A stretch of DNA of 57,129 bases, from assembly GCA_032718475.1 (NCBI GenBank), contig JAUCBJ010006927.1:1-57129 (forward strand), written 5' to 3'. Below, in pieces: positions 1-11,049 of this stretch. The stretch is from Nemertoderma westbladi. Taxonomy: Eukaryota > Animalia > Xenacoelomorpha. The position numbers were made by a program, and so were the translations under genes. The stretch's first letter is position 1. Each line of letters starts with the position of its first letter. The notes under the pieces are model-generated. The model was not told where the DNA came from, ran no database searches, and saw nothing but the letters and a program-made list of their open reading frames with translations.

Positions 1-51
1 ACCATATTATTCTTTCATCAATAGCTATTTATAATTTATTTATTATTACAG

Positions 52-1343
52 GCTAATAATGATGGACTATGTGGAGCCGTTAATGTAAGTGTATTAGTTA
101 TATTAAATTATTATTATTATTTTATATCCACAGTATTGAATCGCACATTTTCAACATTAAACTCAGATTTACCAGTAATGATTGGACTGGGAGGAAAAAG
201 TTGTGAACAATGTAAACAATGTACAATCAATAATATTTTTCTTCCCAATAAATATGATCTGAACAAAGGCTTATTTTCTTATCGTTACAAAGATTTTTAT
301 ATAAAGCAGACATCACTAATTATCCTACCCCATATAAAGGCGGCACAGTGCCGTTTTCAAAATTTGTAACTCTCTCTCATTTGAACCTCATGTGCGCCAC
401 ACTGCCGCCTTAATCATTTGTAACATAATTATTTGCTAAAGTTAATTTCATGCGATTTCATAGATATTGTAAGTGGTGAAAAGTTGAGTTGAATTCGTTA
501 TTAAAAAACATCTATAATACCATAGGCCCGCCCTCTAAAAGGAATCGGAATGGATCTTTGCACAAATCTTACCGGATCTCACACCCCCTCACTCAACGGT
601 ATTCACTAATATTTCCTAACAGGTTACAGAATTGGAAGAACAGAATAGAGTTGAAAGAAAATATTACTCAGTTGAGTGACCAAGTAATCGATATAAATAC
701 AACCTTAACTAACCAAGTCGATGAGCTAAAGAACGATGTTAGTTTCTTTAGCCAATTCTTGTTTGGGCAGGAGATAAAGATTCAACAAACAGTTGATGGT
801 CCGGAGATAAAGATTCAACAAAGAGTTGATGGATCTGTTGACTTCTATCGAAACTGGGATGAATATGTTGAAGGATTTGGCGACTCGAATAACAATTTTT
901 GGATGGGGTTGGACACGATCCACGAGCTGAGTAAAGGCGGGGTGAAGTTGAGAGTCGATTTGTGGTTCACTGGAAGGGGGTGGGATGTTAAAACCAAGGA
1001 GCGGGTAAATTACACCAACGAACACCGATACGCGGAATACAAGAACTTCTCTATCGGATCAGCTGCAACTAATTACACCCTACATGTATCCGGTTACCAT
1101 GGTACTGCTGGTGACTCATTGGAGTTTCACAACGGTCTCCCATTCTCTACCAAGGACCGCGATAATGACGAGTTAGACGACTACAACTGCGCCGTAGAAC
1201 TTACTGGGTCGTGGTGGTACAATGACTGCACGGCCAGTAACTTGAACGGAGAATATGGTGCGGAGTGGATGAAAGGACCTTATTGGGTTTATTTTACTGG
1301 AGTGAATCCGGCTTCTCGAGTTGAAATGAAGATTTTGATTTAG
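52..1343 (+). pseudogene. FReD (ficolin/tenascin-like) gene copy 1, 3' part: micro-exon 52-84 and terminal exon 623-1343, frameshifted
   Basis: Micro-exon ttacag|GCT..AAT|gtaagt encodes ANNDGLCGAVN; acceptor ctaacag|623. FReD motifs QQRVDGSVDFYRNW, GFG, FWMGL, FSTKDRDND, NCA, GSWWY, SNLNG, EMKI. Reads cagaatagag where copies 2 and 3 read cagaatacagag: a 2-nt deletion giving an early TGA in the spliced frame. Exon 1 lies outside the window. Confidence 0.85.
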
Positions 1344-3113
1344 TGAAACTGTAAGATTTATATAAAATTACTAAATAATTCCAACAGAGTAGCGTTGGAA
1401 ACTAACTTTTACATTTAATTATAAAATATAATAAATAATATTAATATAATTATAAAAAATTATAATAATAAATATTAAATAATATATTTATATAAATATA
1501 AATAAAATATAATAATATATTTGGGTGAAAAGTTAATAATAATTATTAATAATACTGTAGTTCCGGAATAAATATCGTTTTTTACTATAAAATTATTTAC
1601 TTTAACGTTTTTATTATTTATTTTACAGTTTGAATTCCCAATGAGTTGTAGAAGAGATACTGTACCTTGGTCTACAGTTCTATATGATTCATTAAACACA
1701 ACTGCTATATGTTACCGGTACCAGTTTATATGTGTGATGGTTATGGGTTATTGGTTAATGTTTGGTTAACCCCTTCCATATATGGTTATTGGTTTATGTT
1801 TGGTTTAACACCTTCCATATATGGTTATTGGTTTATGTTTGGTTTAACCCCTTAGATACTGAAGAGAAAGTAAAGGCCCCACCTAGATCACTGAATGTTT
1901 TCTTCTTTAATATAAATCCCACATGGCAATTTTATGTAATAACAGAGCACCTAAACTAATTATGAGAATATATATGCTACTTTTATCGACCTAATAAACT
2001 TTTTTTAAAGAAATTCTATAAGATAAATGTTAAAGAACTGCCGAAACCCTTTCGAATGAGCCTAAAAATCATTAGATTTGGTTGAAAAATGGCGGACGAG
2101 TAGTTGTGTTTTAAAAATGATAAATGTCATTCTGAGATAATTGATTTTAAAGGTTGCCTTCCCGCGCAAAAACTGTCTGCTAATATGTGAGAATGTCTGT
2201 CAATACTTTTCTAGCAACAAGAAAGAACATAACCATGCTCAGATTTTTGTCATGGGGATTTTCATGGTCGTTGATTTCATTTCTGAGGTCAGGTTTTACT
2301 TTGAATGAAATCTAGTTTGTCTGTATGTCTGTTTGGCGGTCTATCTGACTATCCGACAATATGTCCGTCAAATATAATAAAAGGGCACCCCTTCTCTCAA
2401 AAAGTTTTGCTATAGGTCGTTTTGCTGGTCGCAGAATTCATTTCGAGTGTCAGTTTAACATTTGTTGACTTTCAAATTGTCTGTTTGGCTGTCAGGCTGT
2501 CGGTTATATTTTGACGGACAGACTGACAGGCATATAGACAGAAACGAATAATTATTTGAATAATGATTATTTGAATAATCAGAACTGAAGTCACCGACCT
2601 GACAAGCCGTATATGGAATTTTTTAGGCAGTTTGTATGTTTTTTATTGACGGACAGACAAACTGAGAGACAGACCGACAATCAAACGGACAGACAGCCAT
2701 ATCTCGAGAATTAAAATAGATCTTGCTAAACGGTTTGAAAATTTGGAATCGTGATAAAAAAAATCTGCTGTAGATTAAATCGTAAAAAAAATTTGAAAAA
2801 ATTTTTGAAGGGGGGGGGGGGGGGGGGGTGAGTGCGTGAATATGAAGATTATAAGGTTTGTGACTAGCTGTCTGGTACTGGTCGTCCGTATATTCAGTAA
2901 GTCAGTATACCGGAATATCCATAACGCATACCGATACAACAAGACAAGGGGCGAGCCATCGAGGCGAGTCTACTATACATACCCCTTCGGCGAAGAGGGT
3001 GAGCTAAGTGCGATCTTGTTCGGATACAGGTGGGGGCGAGCCATCGAGGCAAGTCTACTACAAGTCTACTACATTAGAATAAGGGGTTGGGGCGAGCCAT
3101 AGGGGTGGGTCTT

Positions 3114-6100
3114 CTATTCATTACCATAACCATAATATGCTGGTGGTTGGACGAGTCTGTCAGAACGAGTATGGGTCGGGTTGGTTGGTTGTTGAGAGGC
3201 AACGGTGGACCATGGCCTCTGTGTTGGTGGATTGTGTGGTGTTTGAGTCACGGGTGTTGGTGGGGCGAGATGTGATGGCAGTGTGGGCTCAAGTTGGGCA
3301 GACGTAGGGGGTGGGGCGGGCGGGCCGCTAGGGGGCGCCTGAATGTGCGGACACACAAAAGGACGCAGTTCTGTCGCACAATTCGCCGGCTCTCTTGGCG
3401 CACGTGGAAGTCGTGGTTGGGGAGGGCCTCGACCATGGTTCCAAGGCCAGTCCAACGAAGGAAAACCTGGAAAACCTGGAAAGCCAGGATCCCCTGCGCG
3501 ATTGCGTCCGAGTCGTGGTTGGCCCTCAGGATGAGTTTCTTCATGGCCTTGACCGCGGCCTCGGCGCGGCCATTGGTGTGCGCCAGGTAGGGGCTGGAGG
3601 GCTCGAGCTGGACCCCCCACTGGTGGAGAAACTGGCGGACTTCGTTGGATACGAATTGGGGGCTGCTGTCGGGGTGGATGATTGTAGGGACAGTGGTGGC
3701 GAGGAAGAGGTGGTGGAGGCAGTCGATGATCGCGCGAGATGTTGTGTCTGAGTTGAGGCGGTACAGCATGGGCCAGTCGGTATACTCATCGGTGACCCCT
3801 AAGTATTTAATGGCGCCGACCTGGAAGATGTCAGCATGGGCGCGCTGGAAGGGCCTCATGGCCTCCGGGTTGTGTTGGAGGGGCTCAGGGGCGTGGGTGG
3901 GGAGGTTGGTCTGGCAGGAACGGCATTTACTGTTTGCTGGATGTCGTTCAGTAGGGATGTCCACCAGACCGACCTGGTCGCACGATCCCGAGTCTTGTTC
4001 AGCCCCTGGTGGGCGGCGTGTAGCTGTTGGGGGGTAGTGCGGCGCAACTCAACGGGGATGTAAAGTTGAGGGCCTTTTAGGATCACCCCCTCGTGGATCA
4101 TCAGGTCGGCGCGGTGGGCGAAGTAGGGCCGGAGTTGGTCGTCAACCACATTGTGTTTTGAGGTCGGCCAACCCTCTTGGATGACGTTGAGGAGGGCGCG
4201 GTAAACTGGGTCGCGTTGGCCGGCCTCCTGAACTTGCTTGATACGCGCGTCCCGGGAATCAAGCGATGGGAGTTGGCCGATGGTGGCGTTCACCATGAAT
4301 TCCTGGTCTGCGTTGTCATCGGGGGTCAGTAGTAAGTCGTCGGGCTGAGGTGCGTGGAGGGGGGCATAGGAAAACGCGTCGGTGACGAGGTGCTTCGAAC
4401 CGTATTGGTGGCATGCGGTGAAGTTGAACCGGGCCAACGCAGTCTTCAACTTCAGGAGGCGATCGTTGGTTACCTGGACCAGGCGGCAGTCATTGAGTAC
4501 TGGGATCAGGGGGTTGCAGTCCATCAGCAGGTCGAAGTGATGGAGGCCGTCGAGGAAGTAGCGACATTTGTGGGCAGCCCAGGCGGCACCCAAGGCCTCG
4601 AGTTCGGCCATCCCGGACCAGTTGGCCTCGTGTTTCGCGAGGTTCCGGGAACCGCACTGAATGGTCATCCACCCATTCCGGGCCAAGTCCCACCGCCTCA
4701 GAAGGAAACCAAGTCCATTCAGGCGGGAGGCATTGGTGAGGAGCTCGGTACGATGATTGGGATGGAACCTGGAGAGGTAGCGTGCGGTGGAGAGTGCGGT
4801 GCGGGTCACCTTGAATGCAGCCTGGTGCTGGGGGAGCCACAACCAAAGCGGAGTAGTTGGAGTTTAGGCTGCGGAGGGGCTCCACCAGTTGGGTGATCTC
4901 GGCGGTGGAGTTGCCGAGTTGCTGAGCCAGGCTGAGGAATGATTGGAGTTCTTTCCGACAAGTCGGGATAGGGAAGCGACGAAGGTCGTCCTTGAGCTCC
5001 AGGTCGATGCGGTGCTGGCAGTGTGAGGTAGCCGCCGAATCTCACCTCAGGAAGGCAGAACTGCACCTTCTTGGTGTTTATCGAGATGTCGGCGACGTCG
5101 CAGGCTGCGAGAACCCGGGCGACGGCTTCCTCGTGGTCTTCCTCGGTGTCGGAATACACCAGGATGTCCTCCACGATCCTGGCGATGTTGGGGATGATGT
5201 GCAGGGCCTTGGCCATTCGGGCGTTGAAAACGTCCGAACTGCCATGCTGTCCCATGGGCATCCTGCGGTACCAGTAGTGACCATGCGGGGTGACGAAGTT
5301 GGTCAACCCCTTCAGCCCATCCAGGACTGAGAAGAATTACGCGGATGGCGGAATCCGAGAGACAACCTGGAACGGGGCTGGGGAGAAGTAGGCAGGTCGG
5401 AAGGTGTGCCTGTTGAGTTGCCGGAGGTCCACCGTGATGCAAACTGAGTTGGGGTCCTTCTTCCGGGTGACAACCATGGGACTGAGCCTTGCGCTCGGGT
5501 CGTTCTCGTTGTCTGCAGGCTCAAGCATCCCCATGGTGACTTGGTCACGGAGTTCCCGGTCGAAGGCTTCCTCCAAGTTGGCGGGGATGGCACGGTTCGC
5601 ATACGAGAAAGTTGTAGAGGCATCCTCGCGGAGTTTATTGTTATTGGGCCGCCTCTCATTACCCAACAGATCCCCGACAGTGAACGTGGGAAACGGGCCG
5701 CGAGTTTATCCCATGTGGTGCTGGTGGTTGTAGCTGCTGGTGCAGTAGGCAGGGCTGGTGGTGGGGTGGTTGGGATGGCAACCGGTTCGGGCGGGGTCGG
5801 CTGTGCTGGCCGGGCCGCAATGGAGGAGCACTGTGGGCGGTGCAGCGTACCTCGGATCGGGCTCTATAGGATCCCGAGGAGGAAACACGCCTTGAAGGAC
5901 AGCAGTGGTTGTTGGAGACCGTCTAGCACCCAGACCTCGGTGGTGCATGCTGTGCGGAGCTCCACACTGGAAGGTGGCTTTGAAGATTCCTTTGAACGAC
6001 CAGCCAGTCCTACTGCCATTAGCGAGTTTGGGGGCCTGCGGGGCAGGGACTGGTTGCCGTAGGTTGGCCACCCGCCCCCGAAGGCGAGAAAAGTACGGAG

Positions 6101-6416
6101 CGGGATTCCAGTTATGTTGGCTCCGGAGTTGGGGAGGAACTGGAGCTTGCGGATGCCGAAGCAGGTGTTGGCGGCAACCTGGAACCCGACTGTGACGGTC
6201 TCCAGCGGCTCCAGCTGCTCCACGAGCTGCTGACACGAGTGGGGCATCAGTCAGTTCGGCGCTGGCGAGGAGGGACCAAACCTTGGCGAGGTTGGTCGAA
6301 GAGAAGTCGGAGTCGCTCTGAGTCGATATCGAATGGTGGGAGTGCGCTGCGGAGGATAAAAGTGAGAGGGTCGCGGTTGTACGCGCTGGGGCGGGTGCGT
6401 ATCCATGTTCAGTCAA
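3114..6416 (-). mobile_element. Degenerate Ty3/Gypsy (Mag-like) pol relic: protease, RT, RNase H and integrase, with many frameshifts
   Basis: Fragmented motifs on the minus strand: PNSGA (protease DSGA); RMPMG and IVEDILV (RT); LLTNASRLNGLG and ELEAL (RNase H); PFQRAHADIF and SSPYLAHTNGRAEAAVK (integrase). No paired LTRs found. Confidence 0.9.
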
Positions 6417-9140
6417 GTACTGCAGTAGGATCAGAAGATAGCAGTGACAGATAGTGGTTTTACAGTTTTAGGCAGTCAGGTGTGGCAGTTTGGGCAGTGA
6501 GTGTCACGGTAGGTTCGAGAACCAAAGCTGTAATATTCTACAGTATGAGACAATGTTGGGGGGGGGGAGGGGGGGGGGGGTTTAAACTCAATCAAAGGAA
6601 AAAATTTAGTAATTATCTAAGGGAATAATTTATTTACAGTAGGCCTACCTAGAGTGCTACAATATCTCAGGTTACAGTACCTACAGTTGTTATACAGTAG
6701 TACAGACAATATGTACTGTATTTAAATTTTCATTTGTACATTTTTGCAGTGAACAAAAAAAATATCAAACTGTCACAAATTAAACTGCATTTACATAAAC
6801 CACCAACCCCAACCCCAACCCCCCGACTCTACCTCAATTTGCAGAAAACTGAAATTATTGGATAGATATATGGTTTCTTATCTTAGAATAATCGATTAGA
6901 AACAGTTTACAATTTATTATTTTTAATAAATTCATAATTATGAATCATCTAATATGGTTGTAAATAAGATCAAACATATAGATTTTAATAATCGAATTAA
7001 TATTTTTTGGTGATCGCTTAAAGTTATATAGGATACTCCTAAGTCTTAATACATTATATATTCTGTTATTATACTCAAACGATTACATCTCAGTTTGTAT
7101 AGAGTATTGTAGGTGTAGGGCCGTAGGGTGTAGGCATAGGGTAAGTAAGGTAGGCTAACCACTCCAGCCCCCCCCCCCCCCCCCTCCCCTCATCTCTCCA
7201 CAGAGTATGCACAAGGAACGCCATGTGATTGGACAACGCGAATTTTTTTTAACCTGGGCAGCTATAAATGCCGCTAAATCCACGCTAAAGTGCCGCTAAG
7301 GAACCGCTAAAAACCGGATAATTATCCCGCTAAAAACGCCGCGATCGCGGGGACCACTTTTACGGCGATTATCCGGATATTATCTTATAAAAGTAGCGGG
7401 ATATTAGCAGGATGGTACATACATCCCGCTATTAGCGTGCTAATCGCTGGATATGTATTTGCGGGGGGGGGGGGGGGGGGGGGGGGTCTCTGCAAGCTAT
7501 CCTAGAAGAATTACAAATAGGAATAATGTATATAAGAATATGTAGACCTATATTGCTAACAATTAAATAGATGCTACATACTAATTAGACAAGTCATGGT
7601 GACATTTACTGTATTTTAATTTCCAATACTGGTGTTTACGAAAAGTTATAATTGGAGGGGGGTGCATGTTGATTGAAAGGCTGTTTGTTACCTTGACGAT
7701 CCAAATGAGAGTTCAAATGGGTCTGTATCTCTATATACAGCCGCGGTGGTCTGCATACTACTGTACTAATCGGGTTTATTGTAGAATTAATTCTAATTGA
7801 TTTAATTTGTAATTTTTTTTTTCAATACTGCTGAAGGAGAGGTAACAGTTAAAGTTCTATTTATATATTATCATTATTTATGAATTTTCTTCTGTTTTGG
7901 GTTCATTTTCTTTCACTTTTAACACTAAATGCAAGACTATATTTACAATGCAGGGCTACATACAGTACTTAAATACAACATTAAACAACAAAATAAATGA
8001 ACTTTATATTTATCAACCCGCAATATTTTTCAAATTCAATCGAATACTAAGGAAATTGGTGTGATCATAATTATACATTTTTTTACTACTGGTCTGGCAG
8101 GATGTTTCCCTTTTTCTTTACTACACAATGTTTACTACTACTTAACCACCTCCATCTCATATTTTGGATTTTGGAATATAATCTCGAGATCTCATTGGAA
8201 CTATCAACTTTATCTCCAGATTCCGAAACCGTTTTTAGCCCGTTTTCTATTTAGATGCAATACCGTAGCGACACCTAGCGGTTAATCGCTGCAAATAAAC
8301 TGTATAAAACATGGTGACCGAACATGCCGTTAGGCGTTCTCGAATTAGCGCACGTCCAGCTAGGTGACGGCTTTGTAGCTAAATCTAAATCGGGGCTTAA
8401 ATTCGACCGAGAATTGCGTGGCTAATTCGGTGGTGACACATCTAGGATCTTTTTAACGGCTTGATAAAGCGAAATAACTAGAAAAATTAGAAACCCGCCC
8501 AGGTCAGTACCGGTAGTAAGAAAACTATGTCGAACTTCCATCATTAGGAATGGAAGTTTTCCGGATATATGATTTATTGAGGAATTTTCCGATAGCCATT
8601 ATTAAGGAATAACTTTTTAATATAGTATAATACAGAATTGAAGCAGTATTATTATTATTTTTATGTATTATTTTATGGCTTTCTAGAACACTGAAATTTA
8701 ATTATAAATTTGCCTCCTGATATAATACTCATGAATTAATTTAAATATCGCTGTACAGCTCTGTTTGTAAATAAATGTGAATTTCTCAATTGCGTTTGAT
8801 AACTGGCAGATTGATTTATATTTCAGTTTTAGTTTATTTCAGTTATTATAGTTATAAACGAAAAATTATTAAAATCGTAAACTTTTCAAGAAAATTTCAG
8901 GTGTTTTCGGACTGTCATCGTTTGTAATATTATGGAAGACCTTGATGGCCTAAGTAAAACAAAAGTGGAACTAAGTGCATGGTACATGATTCTACTGCGG
9001 TATGGGCCTACTGCGGTACATGGCCTATTTGCTTCATAGTATTAGAATCAGGTTATATTTTGTAGAATGTAAATATATGTTATAGTTTAAATTATTCTTT
9101 TTTTTAAACTAATAAATAATTTTTACTAATTTTCTTTCAG

Positions 9141-9257
9141 TTTGTACAATACTGCTACGTATGCGAAGAAGAAGGTAATTCAATCGAGAATTCCTGCTCC
9201 TCTTCTGGGATCGAGTTGGAACGTTGTACTGCTGATACTAACTTTCAGGGATGTTGG
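9141..9257 (+). CDS. Ly6/uPAR three-finger protein, internal exon (FVQYCYVCEEEGNSIENSCSSSGIELERCTADTNFQGCW)
   Basis: Acceptor ttttctttcag, phase-0 donor TGG|gtcagt, N-terminal CYxC motif. Splices in frame to the exon at 24047. The signal-peptide exon could not be resolved. Confidence 0.75.
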
Positions 9258-9821
9258 GTCAGTGAATTATTTATAATATGAACCTAATTTACCTTACATA
9301 CCTTCCATTACACGAAGTAGGGACTTCGCGCAACACGTGTCATAAACTTATATTAAGTGTCAACACGAAAAATTATAAGCAAAGTATAATCAGATATCCG
9401 TTAATCACTTATACACCCCAAGCGGCAGACTGGGTTACTGCGGACGGTTTAATACCCCAGAAATACTCGGCCGTCGGCCTGGTGTCTTAAGAATATAGTT
9501 AGTTAGTTATTATTGACCTGCATGAGGTCCAATGGATTTAAATATACACTTTTACTGACACTGACAGACCAAACACTCTCATAATATAAATAAGGACAGT
9601 TAAATGTTGCGAATTATAAAACGGTACCAGCCGCGGCACAGTGTATATACTAATAGAGAACTCAAACGTTACGTACAAATAAATTAGTAATTAGAGTTAT
9701 AAAAATATATCGCTTACTTAATAATAAAGGTTCTAAATCAAAATACAATAAATTACAATAAAATATCTAACAGTTCGTATCTTAACAGTTCATATGTATA
9801 TGTTAGGAATGTATTGGAACA

Positions 9822-10106
9822 CTAGATAGGACTGGAAGGGGACGTGTAATCTAATGAGAATCTCTTTCTAATGGCATCAATAAAAGGGCAAACGCAAATA
9901 ACATGTGATTCAGATTGGGGCGAGCCACACTTGCAAATTCGTCGTTCATACAGGACTCGATTCCATCTCCCTATTTCTACACTTTGATTGGTCGACAGAA
10001 GACGGAACCTGGTCCGCGCTTTGCGATGTGATTCGTAGATATCCTGCAGTGGCCGTGTAGAAATGGTTGACGTCACGAGTAAAGGATTAAATGATTTGTA
10101 AACCAT
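9822..10106 (-). mobile_element. Non-LTR retrotransposon ORF2 C-terminal relic
   Basis: RTRFRL..VEIGRW..ERRICKCG..ESHVICVCP matches the C-terminal zinc-binding motif typical of LINE ORF2 ends. Confidence 0.7.
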
Positions 10107-10404
10107 ACTGTATTTCTAGTTGATCCGCTTATAAACACTCGGTTGCGTAGTTCGGACAGCTTCGTGTGGGTTGGGTCATCTTGTCAGTTTAAATGGCCTG
10201 AGATGACCCTACCCATTGGGGTCCAGCTTCGCAAACGAACTCGATCGCGAAAACTGCGGGTCTGTGCAAGTTTCTCCTAGCCTTGAGTTTACGCAAAAGA
10301 TTTCGTTGGCTAGTCAGAAACATTGGTTAACCAGATTCAATGTACAATAATATCTCTATAATTGTTGTTACGCACACATAAAGCAGCGCACAGTAGATTA
10401 TTGT

Positions 10405-10934
10405 TGTTAGCTTATTCAATCCCGCCAACACCCCATAAAGTTATTAGCCGATAAGCAATATTGGGAGCCACGAGATTGGGCAATTAACCAACTCGTGCCA
10501 TCCCAATAAGAATGGGAAGGAAGCACACAATAGAGGGTCAGGGGCCAAACCCCTAACCCAGAGAGAACAGGTGGAGTGAACGGGAATACTCCATGGGGCG
10601 CCAACAAGGGTATTAACCAATAAGAGGGGGGAATGGCATCGATTGAGTAGCAGTAAGGCCACCGTGCAATATAACCAATAACCTATTAATCAGTGATTCA
10701 GTTATCTCAGTGCAGCAGTGCTAGCGTAGGGTACAGCCAATTAGTTTAGTTAGGGGATCACGGGACTTTAGTTACCGTATCCCGCCTTGTACACATTCAC
10801 AATATATCTATATCCTGTAACCTCTTATTATACACCGAACTTCAGAACTCAATATTTCACTCTTATACACGGCGGGGACGCGTGGACTAAATACCACATC
10901 GGATAAATCGGGATCCCTCCTGGATCCCGTCACA
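10405..10934 (+). repeat. 5' LTR (530 bp)
   Basis: Matches 21494-21705 plus 23166-23483 with one substitution seen by eye (ccatgg vs ccacgg). Starts TGTTAG, ends GTCACA. Hairpin cgggatcc/ggatcccg near the 3' end. Confidence 0.95.
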
Positions 10935-11049
10935 GTAACTAAAACGGTGTTGCTTCCCCAGCTAAACTCAGTAACTAAAGACGAGCTGCCGCCCCAGTTA
11001 AACACAAAGAACTCCACCCTAGCTAGCCGAACCATCAGCCACAAACGAG

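Noticed and set aside
489-622. N-terminus of the 284-aa ORF as real protein
   Set aside because: It is intron sequence. In copy 2 the same stretch is out of frame with the FReD exon and ends in a clear acceptor.
1855-2800. Inverted-repeat-rich block as a defined transposon
   Set aside because: Internal inverted motifs (gtccgtcaa/ttgacggac) suggest a DNA-transposon relic, but no termini or TSD could be fixed.
2808-2828. Long poly-G/poly-C tracts (also near 6560, 7170, 7470, 26155, 41455) as functional G-quadruplex sites
   Set aside because: They are widespread, variable in length between copies and prone to sequencing error, with no positional pattern.
6509-6524. PBS-like TGGTTCTCGAACC (minus strand) for the old Gypsy
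   Set aside because: No matching LTR pair flanks the element, so it cannot be confirmed.
8880-9060. Signal-peptide exon of the Ly6 gene
   Set aside because: No candidate ATG-to-GT segment gave both a hydrophobic leader and the required phase 0.
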